Positions 23,681 through 38,300 of a stretch of 64,000 bases of DNA are shown piece after piece. Position numbers and translations under genes: made by a program. The stretch comes from Callorhinchus milii (lineage: Eukaryota): contig NW_024704742.1 in assembly GCF_018977255.1 (NCBI RefSeq), positions 69,318,001-69,382,000 of the forward strand, in the 5' to 3' direction. Numbering within the stretch: the first letter of the stretch is position 1; each line of letters opens with the position of its first letter. The notes under the pieces are model-generated. The model did not search any database, was not told the DNA's origin, and was given only the letters and a program-made list of their open reading frames with translations.

Positions 23681-26600
23681 GACTATGGTTCTCTTCTCTG
23701 TCTCTCTCTAATGGAGCAGAAGGTCCTTTGTCAAATCGTTGCTTTCCTTTGAGGGGATTGAGGCTTTGCTGTACGTACATTGATAACCCAGTGGTTTGAT
23801 TGTGACTCACGTTCGATTGTTATTTCATTGTCTTGTTTTATTACTGACACAGCAATGCTCTTGTAGCCCTCCTCCTCCCTCACCCACCATCCTCCTGCCT
23901 TCAGATTTGCCTCCTGTCCTGAAGGCAAGTCTGCTAACCTCAGTTCTCTCTGTCTTTGGCCAAGCTGCACATGTTTAGGGTACCTACCTTCAGAGACATC
24001 TTATGCTGTTTTTACCAGTTACCTTGATTGTGACGCTCCAACTCCAGACTCCCCCGCCCCCACTCACGATTGGGTACTTAATGGGCGGATGGGGTTGGGG
24101 TTTGGCAAGCAGTCTGTCAATTTCTGCCTTGGTCATGAGCATCCTTTTCAACTCCAGCTACTTCCCCTTTATCGGGTCCTTCATCTTCTTCATTTTCTTG
24201 TTTTTTTTGTGGTCTCTTGTCAGCCACGATCCACTGTCTATCTTCTTTGGGGCTCTGGATTAGCATAAGGAGGGGAGATGTCTATGCTCCCCCTGTGAAT
24301 CCCAATGTTGAAGTGTTAGGAGAGTTGGATCAAGTTCCCCTAGCTGTCCCAGTGGAGGCCGTAATCATGGTCGAAGAGGAAGGTTTTCAGGGGGTTTTGA
24401 AATAAAGTGGAGAGAGGGGTCAAGACGGAGGGATTGAGTGAGAGTGGTCCAGAGTTTTGGGGCGTAGTGGCTGAAAGCGGAACTTCAGATGGTGGGGTTG
24501 GAGGGTGCAAGGGACAAACAGGAGGCCAGTGCTAGTCGAGCGGAGGCGCCGGTTGGGGGATTGGGGAGTGAAGAGGTTGGGCGTCTCTTTGACCGTGCCT
24601 TCAGCTCCCCTCTCGACTCTCTACCCCCTCCTCGCTCCCTCCCTTCCCTCCCCTCACCCTGACCATTTCCCCCTTGCTCGGGTCCTGACCCAACTGTACA
24701 GCGCCTTGGGACGTCCTCCCGACGTGAAAGGCGCTCAATAAATGGAATCTTGTTGTTGTTGTTGTTGTTGAAGAGGTAGGGAGGTGCCAGAGAGTGAAGG
24801 GATTTGAACACGAGTTTGAGGATCTTGAAGTCGATCCGTTCGGTAATGGGGAGCCAGTGGAGGCTGACCAGAACTGGTGAGATGGGGTTACGGAGCTTGG
24901 TTCAGGTCATTATGTGGGCGGCAGAGTTCTGAATGAGCTGGATCTTTTAGATAGTGGAGCTGGGGAGACCGGCGAGTAGGTAGTTTGAGCAATCCAGGCA
25001 GGAGGTGACAAATGCATGCATGAGAGTTTGGGCTGCATTTGGGGTAAGGTATGGTCGGAGGCAGGCAATGCGGTGGAGGTGGAAGAACGCGGTCCTGTCA
25101 GGGGCTGGATGTGGGGAGGAAGGACATCTGGGTGTCAAACCAGATGCCTAGATTGTGCATTGGCTTGGTGAGTCTGAGGCAGAGCCCAGGGAAGTTGAGG
25201 AGTTCAGATCCGCAGGAGTGAAGACGTTGACGGAAGCCAAGGAGTATGGCTTCCGACTTGTCCACATTCAGCTGCAGGAAGTTTACACTGATCCAGATCC
25301 TGATGTCTGTCAGACACACTGATAGAACGTCGGCAGATCTGGAGTTGGTACTGGAGGAGGCAAAGTAGATTTGTGTATCATCCGCATACATGACACCGAA
25401 ACAGTCACTACACTTCACAACAATTTCCCATAAAGTGTTTCAATGTCAGGATCATTATTATTTGGCAGCTTGGCTCAGTCAGTAGCACTTTTGCTTGAGA
25501 GTCAGAAGTTCGTGGGGTCCAAGCTTTACATTGAGGCTCTGAACTCACTGTCTACACCTTCACTTCAGTGCAGTGCTGGGGGGAGCGCTCCGTTGTTGAA
25601 GATGCCGTATTTTGGATGAGAAATTAAGCTGAAGTCCCCTCTGTGCCTGTTCAGATGGACATTAAAGATCCCGCAACACAACTTGAAAAGAAAACAGCAA
25701 CGAGAACAACTTACACTTATATAGCGACCTCCACACAGGATAGCATCTCAGAGCACTTAACAGTGGCGGAGTCTGACTCTTGGCTGGGGGGAGATGGTGG
25801 CCATGAGCACGGTTGAACAGGAAAGTTTTCAGGCAGAACTTGAAACAGGGGGAGAGAGGGTGCAAGGCGGAGGGATTGAGGGAGAGTGTTTCAGAGGTTT
25901 GGGGCATAGTGGCTGAAAGCACAACCTTCAATGGTGGGTGGAGGGTGTGAGGGATGAGCTGGAACCGGTGCCAATCGAGCAGAGGCGCTGGATGGTGGAT
26001 TGGGAAGTGAGGAAGTCGGAGAGGTAGAGTGGTGCCAGGGAGTGAATGGATTTGAGTGTGAGGATTTTGAAGTCTATCCATTCGGTGATGGGGAGCCAGT
26101 GGAGCCAAGCCAGAACTGGTGAGATGTGGGTACAGAGTTTGGTCCAGGTCACTATGCAGGCAGCAGAGTTTTGATTGAACTTGATCTTGTGAAAGGTGGA
26201 GCTGGGGAGATCGGAGAGGAGTGCGTTGGAGGTGACAAACTCATGTGCGAGGGTTTCGGCAGCATTTGGGGTAATGTAAAGTCGGAGATGGGCAATACGG
26301 CGGAGATGGAAGAAGGATGTCCCGGGCAGGGACCAGATGTGATGGGGGGTGTGGAAGGACAGTTGGGGATTGAACTGGATGCCGAGGTTGCGAACTGGTT
26401 CAGTGAGTTTGAGGAAGAGCCCAGGGAGATTGAGCTGTTTAGATCCGTAGGAGAAAAGGAAGTTTCTATCCCCTCCCCCTCCCTGCTGGAAAATTTCAAG
26501 ACCGACGTCCGGCTGAATCAATAGAACATTTAAAAAGGAACTGGTTAGCAGAAAGCAAAGAGTAGTGGTGAACAATTGCTTTTCTGACTAGAGGGAAGTG

Positions 26601-29115
26601 TGCACCTCCTGCTAAACCTGCAAGCCAAAGCCCTAAACGGTAGCATGGTCCAAGCTGGACAACCGGTGAGAAGCTTGCCAGGCAGTGCTCTCAATGATAA
26701 ACTGTATTAACCAGTTAAACTCCAGCTGTCACACCCACAAACACACATCTAGGGCTTTTTGCCAATCTGAGGCTAATAATTTCTGGGATTGGATGCTTGC
26801 CTTTGGTGGGAGAGAAAATGCATTCCATTACAAAATAAAATACTGTAAACTCCTAATAACTCGACCCTCACTCTAACTTGTCACGACAAGTTAAACTAAG
26901 CCAGGGTCAATCTCCTGGCCTCATTTATTATGTACTTATATATATGCCTAACTTGTCGCTCCTGATGACTTGTCACTGAGCTCTTTTTCCTTAGAGTGAC
27001 CAGTTATCCTGGAATGAGTCGTTGCTTCCCAGTTTAGGTTTTTCCTCTCCCACCACTTGCTCCTTGAACCACTCCATTTGGTTTCCGTCCTGTCTCTTGT
27101 AAAGAGACAGCCTTGGTCAAAGTTACAAATGACAATGTGTCCATTTGTGATTAGGGCTCTCTCTGTCTTCTCATTCTTTTTGATCTCTCAGCTGCCTTTC
27201 ACCACTCTATTCTTCTTTATCAACTCACCTCTCAGCTCCACCTTCATGGTTCTTTCTCTGCCTGGTTTTGTTCTTACAACAACAACAAAATAACATTAAT
27301 AGAGCGCCTTTCACTTTGGGAGGACGTCCTCCCGACGCAAAAGGCACTCTATAAATGTTATTTTGTTGTTGTTGTTTTTACCTTTCCCATCGACTCCCCT
27401 TTACATCTATCAATGGCTTCTCCTCCAGCCCTCGCACCATTATATACAGCATTCCCCAGGGCTCTGTCCTTGGTCTTATCCTTTCTACATGCTCCCTCTT
27501 GGTGACACCATCCGCAGACGTGGGGTCAACTTCCACATGTATCGCTCTGCCTCCACCCTCGACTCCAGGACCACTGCTGTCCTGACAGACTGTCTGCCAG
27601 ACATCAAGTCCTGGATGAGAGCTCCCCATCCCCCAGAGGACCGAGTTCAAGATCCTTCTCCTCATTCTTAAAGCCCTCCATGGTCTTGCTCCTCCCTACC
27701 TCTGTGACCTGTGAAATCTTTACCAATGTGTCCGCACCCTCCACATGGTTGGCACTCACTTGCTTCACAACACCTGCCCTGCCTGCTCCACCATCGTTGG
27801 TCGGGACTTTAGTCTTTCTGCTCTCACCTCCCCATCGCAGAGCCACTCCACCTCACCCTCTCCCTTTCCTCCTTTGTGGCCCATCTCAAGGTCTTCATGC
27901 CTCTTGATTCCATCCCCAGCTCGGGCAAATCCTTCACTGTTCAACACCTTGGGACATCCTCCCGATGTGAATGGTGCTTATATAAATGGAATTTGTTGTT
28001 CGTTGTTGTTGACCCCTGTCCACCTCATCATCAGAGACCAAGCCTTTAACCACTGTACCCCTAACCTCTGGAATTCCCTCCCGCCATCTTCACCCCTCCC
28101 TATCCACTATTAAAACTGCACCTATGGACACCTCCCTCTCCTCCTTTCACTCAAAACCTCAATGCCATCACTGTGCAGTGTTCTGAGATGTTATGACGTT
28201 AATGATTCCAGGTCCGCCGATGTTCTATCAGCTCGTCTGGCAGACATCAGGGCCATCAGACATCAGGATGAGTATAAACTTCCTGCAGCTGAATGTGGAC
28301 AAGGCTCTTTGTCTCCCGTCAACGTCTTCACTCCTGCGGATCTGAACTCCTCAACCTCCCTCAGCCTCATCGAACCAGTGTACAAACTAGGCATCCGGTT
28401 CGATCCACATGTGTCCTTCCTTCCCCACATCTGGTCCCTGACCAGGACCCTCTTCCTCAACCTCTGCAAAATTGCCCATCTCCAACCGCACCTTAACCAA
28501 AATGCAGCTGAAACCCTGGTGTATGCCGTTGTCACTTCCCACTTGGATTACTCAAACTCACTCCTAGCCGTTCTCCTCAGCTCCACTTTTCAAAAGATCC
28601 ACCTCATTCAGAACTCTGCTGCCCACATACTTACCCGGACTAAACTCTGTACCCACATGTCACCAGTTCTGGCCAGGCTCCACTGGCTCCCTCACCGAAT
28701 GGATCGACTTCAAGATCTTCACACTCTTGTTCAAATCCATTCACTCCCTGGTACCTCCCTACCTCTCTGACATCCTCACACCCCAATCCACCACCTGGCA
28801 TCTCCGCTCGACTGGCACGAGCCTCCTGCTTGTTCCTTGCACCCTCCACCCCACCATTGGAGGTTGCGCTTTCAGCCACTACACCCCGAAGCTCTGGAAC
28901 ACACTCCCTCAATCCTTTCGCCTTGCCCCTATCTCCTCTTATTCAAGTCCCACCTGAAAACCTTCCTTTTCGACCGTGCTTACGGCCACCTTCTCCCCAT
29001 CCCCAACCACCGGCTCGGATTCAGACTCCGCCTGCCACTGTTAAGGTTCTGAGATGCTACCCTGTGTGGAGGACTCTATATAAGTGCAAGTTGTTGTTGT
29101 TATCCTGCATGAAGT

Positions 29116-30420
29116 TTAGGGGGCAAATTCAGGTAGTGGTAGTTTTATTTTTACACACAACACTGCAATAATCGCGCAGCGCCCTTTGCTTTTTGTACAG
29201 CTGATCCCTCTGCTGACGCTTCTATACATGAGTGGTCCGATTTTCCTTATCTGGAATGAGATAATTTTCATTATCTGGAATGATACCAAACATTTACTGA
29301 GCATTAATAATAACATAATAATCCTTTCATTTGATATAGTGCCTGATCATGTCCTCGAGAGAGCACAACATATATTAAAAAAGATATTGTTTATTTTCTG
29401 GGCAAAATGTGGCAGCCAATTGCACACAGTCGTGTCCCACAAACAGTCATGGATTGAGTGAACACATCATAATTTTTTTAATTTATTTTACACTTCACTC
29501 ACGACACTTTACAGTGAATCCTGCAAAGAGCTTTGAGACAGTTGCCATATCAAACACACACTTAAGAGACTTTTAAGTACAGAGACAGGTTTCCTGTCGC
29601 ATGTCGCATACCGGTGGGATGGAAAGAAAAAAGATTAGATGGAATTTCAGGCCTGCTCAGTGCCCCCCATCAGACGATTATCTTTTGGAGTCCTGTAGCT
29701 CAATTGTTAGAGCGCTCACCTCATAAGTGAGAGGACCTGGGTTCGATTCCCAGGCAGAGTGAAACGTTGGGCAGGTTTCCTTACTCCACGTGCCTCTGTT
29801 TATCCAGTAGTAAGTAGGAACCAAGTTGTTAGTCATAATCCCTTAAAAAAGAAACTTGGTCACTTCAAACCACGACTGTTTGTTGGCCACTGCTGGGCCC
29901 AATTGGCTGCCGCGTTTCACCCACGAAATATGCAGTCAATTTACTTTACAGTATATTCGGTGAAATGCTTTGAGACGCCTCGAAGATGTGATAAGCTGCC
30001 ATATCAAATGCAAGGATTATTATCTTTCTAGCGTTTGAGTGCCGGCTCAATGTGCTGACTCGGCATCTCACGCGCTGACAATCAGCCACCAGGAACTGAG
30101 CAATAAGAACATAAGAACATAAGAATTAGGAGCAGGAGTAGGCCATTCGGCCCCTCGAGCCTGCCCCACCATTCAATAAGATCATGGCTGATCTTCAGAC
30201 TTAACTCTAATTACCTGCCCTATCCACATATCCGCTATTCACTCTGTTTTTTAAAAATCTTTCAGTCTCAGCCTTCAGACTGATAGATTTTTAAAAAATA
30301 GAGGGATGACGCTCAGCAGTCAGTGGGTGACCTTGGTCAGAGGATAAAGGTTAAGTCTGAATCACAAGGAGTGCTCCTGTTACTTGGGTAAGGAATAAAG
30401 TGCTCACTCAGTCATTGAAA
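29116..30420 (-). pseudogene. Relic FABP 3' half, unit B
   Basis: Near-identical to 7546-8850; exon-4-like start at 29250. Confidence 0.7.
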
Positions 30421-33400
30421 TCTTCAAACAGAAAGTAGTAGTAGACCACTTAGTTGGTTCCCACATTTTGCTACTTTGAGACAGATCTTTTCCTGATCAC
30501 CCACCTACCCCCGGCTCCAACCCCCAGCTCGGGTGCAGCGTCAAACAACAACAACTTACATATACAAAACGCCCTTCACATGGGCTAACGTCCCGGAGAG
30601 CTTAAACGCTTTGGGATATCCTCCCGACATGAAAAGCGTTATATCAAATGCAAGGATTATTATTAATGTGTTGTAATTTATGCTGTTTAACTACAAAACC
30701 CACAGTCACTGCACTTTATCTGTCCTGGTCAACAATCCTCCCAGATAATAATAATAATTCTTGCATTTGATACAGTGCCTTATCGTTTTGCTGAGACACT
30801 TCAAAGCGCTTCACAGGATATACCCTAAAGTGGATTGACTGTGGGTGAAACGAAGGTGAGGACCTTGAAGTTGATCCACTGAGACAGGAAGACAGTAAAG
30901 CTTGGCCACTTCTCACCACTTTCCCTCATGTGATCATTCCCTCAGTCACTACACCTTGTGGGAAGAGGCTTCAATATACCAGAGGCTTCAATATACCTGA
31001 GCCAGAACTTCCTAGCTCAATCGTTTTGCCTCGACCCTCTTTATTCCTCCAGCACAGTGATTCTTTGGAACGTCCTCCCGGCATGAAAACCGCTACATAA
31101 ATATAAATTGTCCGACCTGAAGACCTACCTTTTCGACCGTGATTTCGGCCATCTTCCCCATCTGCCTTGCTTGGTGTCCAACCACACCAGTGTGCAAATC
31201 TCTGAGACGCTGTCCTGCGTGAATGGCAAGTTATTGTTGCTTGCCCTCAAGCCTCTGATGCTAAACTGCCCTTTTCAATGTATTCTCTGGGATTAGGTAA
31301 GCAGGATGCGAACCTCCATGGGAGAGAGCGCGCACTCCACTGCTAGACCCGGGAAAATTTACACGCACATGTGGAACTCTCAGAAGTATGGTCAGTCTTC
31401 AGCACGGTGAAGGGTTTCCACGTGCTTCAGAAGCCCATCTGACAAACCAAAAAGATTTGATGATTTTGTAATCATTTTTATTTGATGTTGAATATGCATC
31501 GCAATACATAAGCAAAGAGACAAAAGCCATGTGCAGCAGAATTAATCTCCAACCGATACAAAACTCATCTGCTTATGGACGTGGAGTCCTGCAGCTCAGT
31601 AGTTAGAGCACTCGCCTTGCAAGAGAGACACCTGGGTCAATTCCAGGCAGGGCAAAACCTTGGGCAAGTTTCCTTACTCCACACTCCTAATAATAATCCC
31701 TCCAAAACACAATACAATAATAAATTGGTCATTTTCAATCCACGACTGTTTGTGGGACACTGCTGTGCGCAATTGGCTGCTGCGTTTCTCCCACAAATGT
31801 ACAGTCAATTCACTTTACAGCATATTCTGTGAATAGCTTTGAGACGTCTAGAAGATGTGAAAAAGCTCTATGTCAAATGCAAGGATTATTAGTATTATCA
31901 TCAAACTCTGCTGCCTCATCACCCAGTCCTGCCAAGCTTTGCTGGCTCCATGTTTCCCCACTGATTGACTTCAAGGTCCTCACGTCACCCTCACCAGATC
32001 TCCTCCAGCCCTATTCCTCTGCTCGTTCCCCTCTGCTCAGCTAACTCAGGGTCCCCTGTGCTTCTCACCCACCCCAGTTTAACGTCTCATCTAAAGGACG
32101 GCACCTCCGACAATGCAACACCCAAGTGTCCAGCACTGCATTGGAATACCATCTTAGACTGTGCGATTCCAAGACCTCATGTGGGGTTTGTACCCACAAC
32201 CTTCTGACTCAGAGGCGAGAGTTGTGCTAAACTGAGGTACCATCTACCAGCGGATGTTAAAGATTCCAGGGCACACTATAGAAAAAGAGAATCATCAAAT
32301 TTTTCTACCATTGGCAGCTGAATGAACCTTCAGCAACTGTGCCCCCGAACTTCTGAACTCCGTCCCTCTTCCCCTTTGTCCGGACCACCCGCCCTTCTCT
32401 AATCCCGCTTGAAAATCTACCTTGTCGACCTGCCTACATCACCTCCCCTTGATCCTTCCCCTTTGGTCTGCCCACTATCTCTGTGAAGTGCTCAGAGAGG
32501 TTAATTTGAATTTCTCAGCCTGGATTCACTGGGACTATAAGATTGTCCCACTCTCCCCACGATGACCCACGCCAGTGGGCTAAACATACCTCGCTGCCCC
32601 CCTCCCCACCCATTCGCTCTTGGTCTTCGCATACAAATTTTCACTGCTGCCACTGACCCAAGCTGCTTCCCCAAAATGCTCTGCCCTCCATTACTTCTGC
32701 GGCCCTCCTCTCCCACCGCCCTCCCCAACTCCTATCCCTCCTCGATTTTCCACAGCCTCCCTCTGCTCCACCCTGCGAATCCTCCATTGGGCCCACCGTG
32801 ACAGATGCTGCTGACTGTCCAACACCAAACACTCTGGCTGCCCTATGCCCCAGTCTCGCCGCAAAGCCCATCGGTCCCTGATGCTCGGGGCCAACCTCTC
32901 CTCCTGCATCCACAGCCCCACCCACCCTGTCAGTCCATCACTTCCCCCCCTTGACCCCACATTCTGCCACCAGCTGTCCCCTCTGGATCGGCCAACAAAA
33001 ATGTCTGCTCCCTCTCCAATAAAACACTCACCATCCAAGATCTCATTGTCGACAATAGCATCGACATTCCCGCCTTCACTGAAAACGGGATCACTCCAGG
33101 GGACAACTTCCACCTGATAGAGACCAAACCACCCAGCTACACCTTCCATTTTACCCAACGACCTAACCACCTTGATGGCGGTGTGGCTCTCATCTCCCGG
33201 TCCCCGCTCAGCCTATTCCCTACTCTGGAACCGTCCCCGCCTTTGAGCACTTTATTCTTTATCACCCCTCCAAACTTTCTCCTTATCTATTGTCCCCACA
33301 AGGCCTCCCCCATCTTCATCCCCGACATCTCCACCCTCCTATCTTCTTTCTCCCTTCTGCTCTGAACACGTCCTCATCTTAGGCGAATGTTTCACCAATC

Positions 33401-34811
33401 ATCATCTCCAATGCCAACTGAGAGGTGATGCCACCTCCAACCTCCCTCTCCTTTTCCAAAGACCTGGAGCCAGTCGTTGCTTCCCAGCTTTGCTCCTTCT
33501 TCTCCTGCCACTCCCTTCTCGAAGCCCTCCAATCGGGTTTCCATGCCGCACATAGCACAGAAAACAGCCCTGGTCAAAGTGACAAATGACATTCTGTCCA
33601 TCTGCGACAAGGGCTCCCTCTGCCCCCTCGTCCTCATTGATTTCTCTGCTGCCTTTGATACCGTTGACTATATTCTCATCTACCACCTCTCCTCTCACCT
33701 CAACCTTCATGGCTCTGTCCTTGACTGGTTCAGACCATACCTCTCACACTGCCTCCATTTCATCTCCGTAAATGGTTTCTCCTCCAAGCCACTGCACAGT
33801 CTTGTGCAGCGTTCCTCAGGCTCTGTCCTTGGTCTGTCTTGCCCTATCACTCTTCAATATCTATATGCTCCCTCTTGGTGACATCATCCATAGACACGGG
33901 GTCGAATTCCACATGTATGCAGATGACACCCAACTCTACCTCTCCCCCTCACTCTTAACTCCAGGACCACTGCTGTCCTGACAGAATGTCTATCAGACAT
34001 CAAGTCCTGGATGAGAGCGAACTTTCTTATGTTGAACGTCAACAAGACCGAGGCTCTCCTGATTGGCTGCTGTCAGAGCCTCCGCATTTCAGGCGCTGAT
34101 AGCATCACCATCCAAGGATGCACACTCCACCTTGCTAAGCCAGTCCGGGACCTTGGCGTCTTGTTTGACCCTCAACTATCCTTTCTCTCCCACGTCCATG
34201 CCATGATGCTCTCTGCCTTCCCTCACCTCTTCAACATCGCCTGGCTCCACCGCAGGACGCTGAAACCCTCACACATGCATTCAGAACATCCAGGCTTTAC
34301 TATGCAAACTCACTGCTTGTTGGCCTCCCCAACTCCTCCCTCCATAGGCTGCAGATCATCCAGAACTCTGAAGCCGGTGTCCTCTCCCGTACCAGGCTCT
34401 GTGACCCTATCACCCCCATCCTTGCTTGACTCCGCTGGCTTCCCATCACTCAGAGGATACAATTCAAATTCCTGGTCCTCACCTTCAAAGCTTTCCATGG
34501 CCTTGCATCACCCTACCTTTGCAACCTCCTGAGCCCCTAACATGCTTCCAGCTCCCTCCGGTCAGCGGGCTCTGGCCTGCTTCACATCCGCTGCCCACCA
34601 TTGGCAGGCAGGCCTTCAGCCATTCTGCCTCCACCCTCTGGAACTCCATCCCACAGACCCTCCTCTTCGCCCCCATCCTTGCCTCCTTGAAGACCCATCT
34701 TAAGACCCCCCTCTTCGACCGTGCTTTCCATCACCCTGTTCCCCCCCCGCCCTCTACCCTCCCCAATCCCGACACCCAGCTCGGGTCCGAAATAATGACT
34801 GTCCTGCGCTT

Positions 34812-35138
34812 TCGGATAATAATAATAATAATAATCCTTGCATTTGATATAGCGCCTTTCACGTCGGGAGGACATCCCAAAGTGCTTCACAGAACACACT
34901 GTAAAGTGAATTGACTGCATATTTGTAGGCGAACGCGGCAGCCAATTGCGCACAGCAATGTCCCACAAACAATCATGGATTGAAAATGACCAATTTATTA
35001 TTGTTTTTGTTTTTTGGAGGGATTATTATTAGGCGTGTGGAGTTAGGAAACTTGCCCAAGGTTTCGCCCTCTGCCTGGAATTGAATTCAGGTCTCTCACT
35101 TGCACAGCGAGTGCTCTAACCACTGAGCGACAGGACTC
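34812..35138 (-). mobile_element. tRNA-derived SINE unique to unit B, just downstream of copy 3
   Basis: Reverse SINE head at ~35138 and (AAT)n tail; absent from units A and C. Confidence 0.85.
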
Positions 35139-35297
35139 TTTTCACATCAGGATGTCCTCCCGATGTGAAAAGAGCTATACAAATGTAATTTTGTTGTTCT
35201 TGTTCTTAATCTGACATAACGTTGTACTATACTGAAGAAGAATTGGTAGTTTTATTTTAACAGAAAGTGTTGTACAATTAATTACACAATGTCCCTT

Positions 35298-35351
35298 TCA
35301 CTTGACCTTTATGCTGACAGACTTGTAGACGATATCTCCATCAGTCATTGT
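35298..35351 (-). CDS. fabp1: copy 3 exon 4 (coding part)
   Basis: 54 nt ending in TGA. Confidence 0.92.
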   Translation of the reverse strand, partial: TMTDGDIVYKSVSIKVK

Positions 35352-38300
35352 CTGGAACGAGATGATAAAATAACAACAACAACTTGGATTTATATAACGC
35401 CCTCCACGCCGGACGGCGTCTCAGAGCGCTTCAAAATAACAGATCCCGGGGCTGAGCCAGTGGGAGGGGGAGGGGGAGGAAGGTGACCAAAATATTGTGA
35501 AGTAGTAACTGTGTACTGTGTAGGGGAACATGGCAGCCATCTTTCATGCAGTAATGCCCCGCAAATAGTCATAAAGTCTGTGGAGTCCTGTAGCTAAGTG
35601 GTTAATGCACTTGCTTTGCAAGCGAGAGACCTTGGCTCGATTCCCAGCAGAGTGAAACCTTGGGGAAGTTTCCTTACTCCACATTCTGATAATAATCCCT
35701 CAAGAAAAAAAACAATAATAGAACACGTAAAAAGCGCCACATCAAATGTAAGAATTATTATTATTATAAAGTCAATGACCGATTTTATCTGGGGCATTGT
35801 GGGCCATGACAGCAGGAGAGAGAAACTCTCATCTCTTTTCCAATAATGCCATAGGATCTTTAACATCCACCGGTAGGTGGGACCTCAGTTTAGTGTCAGC
35901 CTGGCTCAGTGGTTACACTCTCAGCTCAATTTTCTTTGGTGGAATGGGATTATTACTTCCGGAAAGCGATCCGCCAATCGACTAATTACTGTTAGGTAAA
36001 CAGGCATTTAGAGTAAGGAAACTTGCCTCAGGTTATGCCCTGCCCAGGAATCAAACACAGGTTCTCTTGGTTGCGAGGCGAGTGTGCTAACCACTACACT
36101 ATGGGATTTCAGAATTTCTTTGAGATGTCCTTCTGATGTGATAAGGCACTATACCAAATGCAAGGATTATTATTAACATCTCATTAGAAAGACAGCGACT
36201 CTGACAATGTAATGTTTCCCTCAGAACTGGACTGGAGCATCAGCCTAGACTGGGAGCTCAAAGTCCCAAAAGTGCAAATGAAAACCCACAACCTTCTGAC
36301 TCAACAACAACAACAAATAACACTGGATATCGGAAAGACATCCCAGGATGCTGGAAGGAAAGAGTGTTGTGCCTTTCACATCGGAATCATGTCCCAAAGC
36401 ACTTGTGACTGGGCACCCAAGATAGGAGTAGGAGCCAAGCTCGGGTGGGTGGGGTTATGGGGGTGGGTAGGCGGGATGGGGAGGTGTAAGAGGGCTGACG
36501 TATTCCACAGACTCGGCATTGCACACATTGACAATCAGCCATGAAGAGCTGAGCAAAGGCTCACCAGGAGTCCTGCTCCCCAACCCCATCCAAGTCCATC
36601 CAACTTTCCCCAGCCATTCCTCTCAATAGCAACTTACACTAATCAATTTGTTCCCTTTCAGCTCGGTGACAGTCTTTATGTGTTCCATTTTTCCGACCAG
36701 TTTAGTGGGTCCATCAGAGTTGATCGTTACCTTGGTGAGGAACATAGAGTTCAATCATTCATGTGTTCATATGGCTTCAGCAGGAGGCCACTTCAATACA
36801 CTGAGGTAGATCTATTTTGGTTGACTGCCTGGCTCAGTGGTAGAGTTCTCGCCTCTGGGTCAGGAAGTTGTCGGGACTTGGAATCACATAGTCTAAGTGG
36901 ACACTCCAAAGCAGCACTGTGGGTGTGTTGCATTGTCGGAAGTGCCATCCATCAAATGAGACATTAAACCAAGGTCCCATCTGACTGTTCAGGTAGACGT
37001 TAAATAATAATAATAATAATAATTCTTGCTTTTGATATAGCGCTTTTCACGTCTTCTAGATGTTTCAAAGTGCTTCACAGAATATGCTGTAAAGTGAATT
37101 GACCGAATATTTGTGGGCGAAACTCGGCAGCCAATTGTGCACAGCAGTGTCCCACAAACAGTCGTGGATTGAAAATGACCAATTTATTGTTTTTTGTTTT
37201 GGAGGGATTATTATTAGGTGTGTGGAGTAAGGAAACTTGCCCAAGGTTTTGCACTGCCTGGAATTGAAACCAGGTGTCTCGCTTGCAAGGCGAGTGCTCT
37301 AACCATTGAGCTACAGGACTCCACGAGTTCCAATGCACTTTTCTCCCAGTGTCCTTGTCAACAAATCCCAAATAAAATTGGTCATTTACTTCATGGCTGT
37401 TTGTGGGACACTGTTGTGCACAAACTGGCTGCAGCATTTCGCCCACAAAATATACAGTCAAAACCACTTTACACTGCGAAGCGCTTTGACACGTCTCAAT
37501 GATGTGCTAACGCACTGTATTAAAAGCAAGGATTATTACAAAGTACACAGACATTACACTTTACCTGTCCTGGACAATAATCCTGACCCATAAAATTCAT
37601 CGTTAACTTGTGGGACATTGCTGTGGGCACATTGAATGCAACTACACTTTCCAGTAACAGTACAGTTGAAGCGCTTTGAGAGGACTTGATGACTTGGAAT
37701 TGTTCAACATCAAATATAAGGAATATTATTTATTATTTGTATTATTTATCCCCACTTCCCCATCCACCTTGGTACAGATCTGTTTGAGGTCTATAAGTTC
37801 ACCTGGTCTCAGCCTTAACACAACTATGCAACGCTTCATCATTTTGTTTCGTTACAATAACATTTCATAATGTTTCTCAGGTGTCAATCTGGCTCAGTCG
37901 ATTGCGCTCTCGCCCCTGATTCAGAAGGTTGTGGGCTCAAGTCCCAAACTAGCTCCATTTGGAACTCCTGTAGTTTAGGCTAACACTCCAATGCAGTGCT
38001 GGGGGAAAGCTGCATTAACAGAGGTGCCGTCATTCGGATGAGACAAGGTACCCTCTGCCTGTTCAGGTTTGGAAGCTTTGGAACTCTATCCCACAATCCC
38101 TCCACCTTGCCCCCTCTTTCTCCTCTTTTAGATCATGACTGAAGACTTTCCTCTTTGACCATGTTGAAGGTCACCTCCTCTCTCCCCACGGTTCGGTGTC
38201 AGGCTCCGCCACTGTTTAAGCGCTTTGAGACATTGCCCTGTGTGAAGAGCGCTGTGTAAATTCAAGTTGTTGTCATGCATTTAATTTTTGGCTGTTGGTA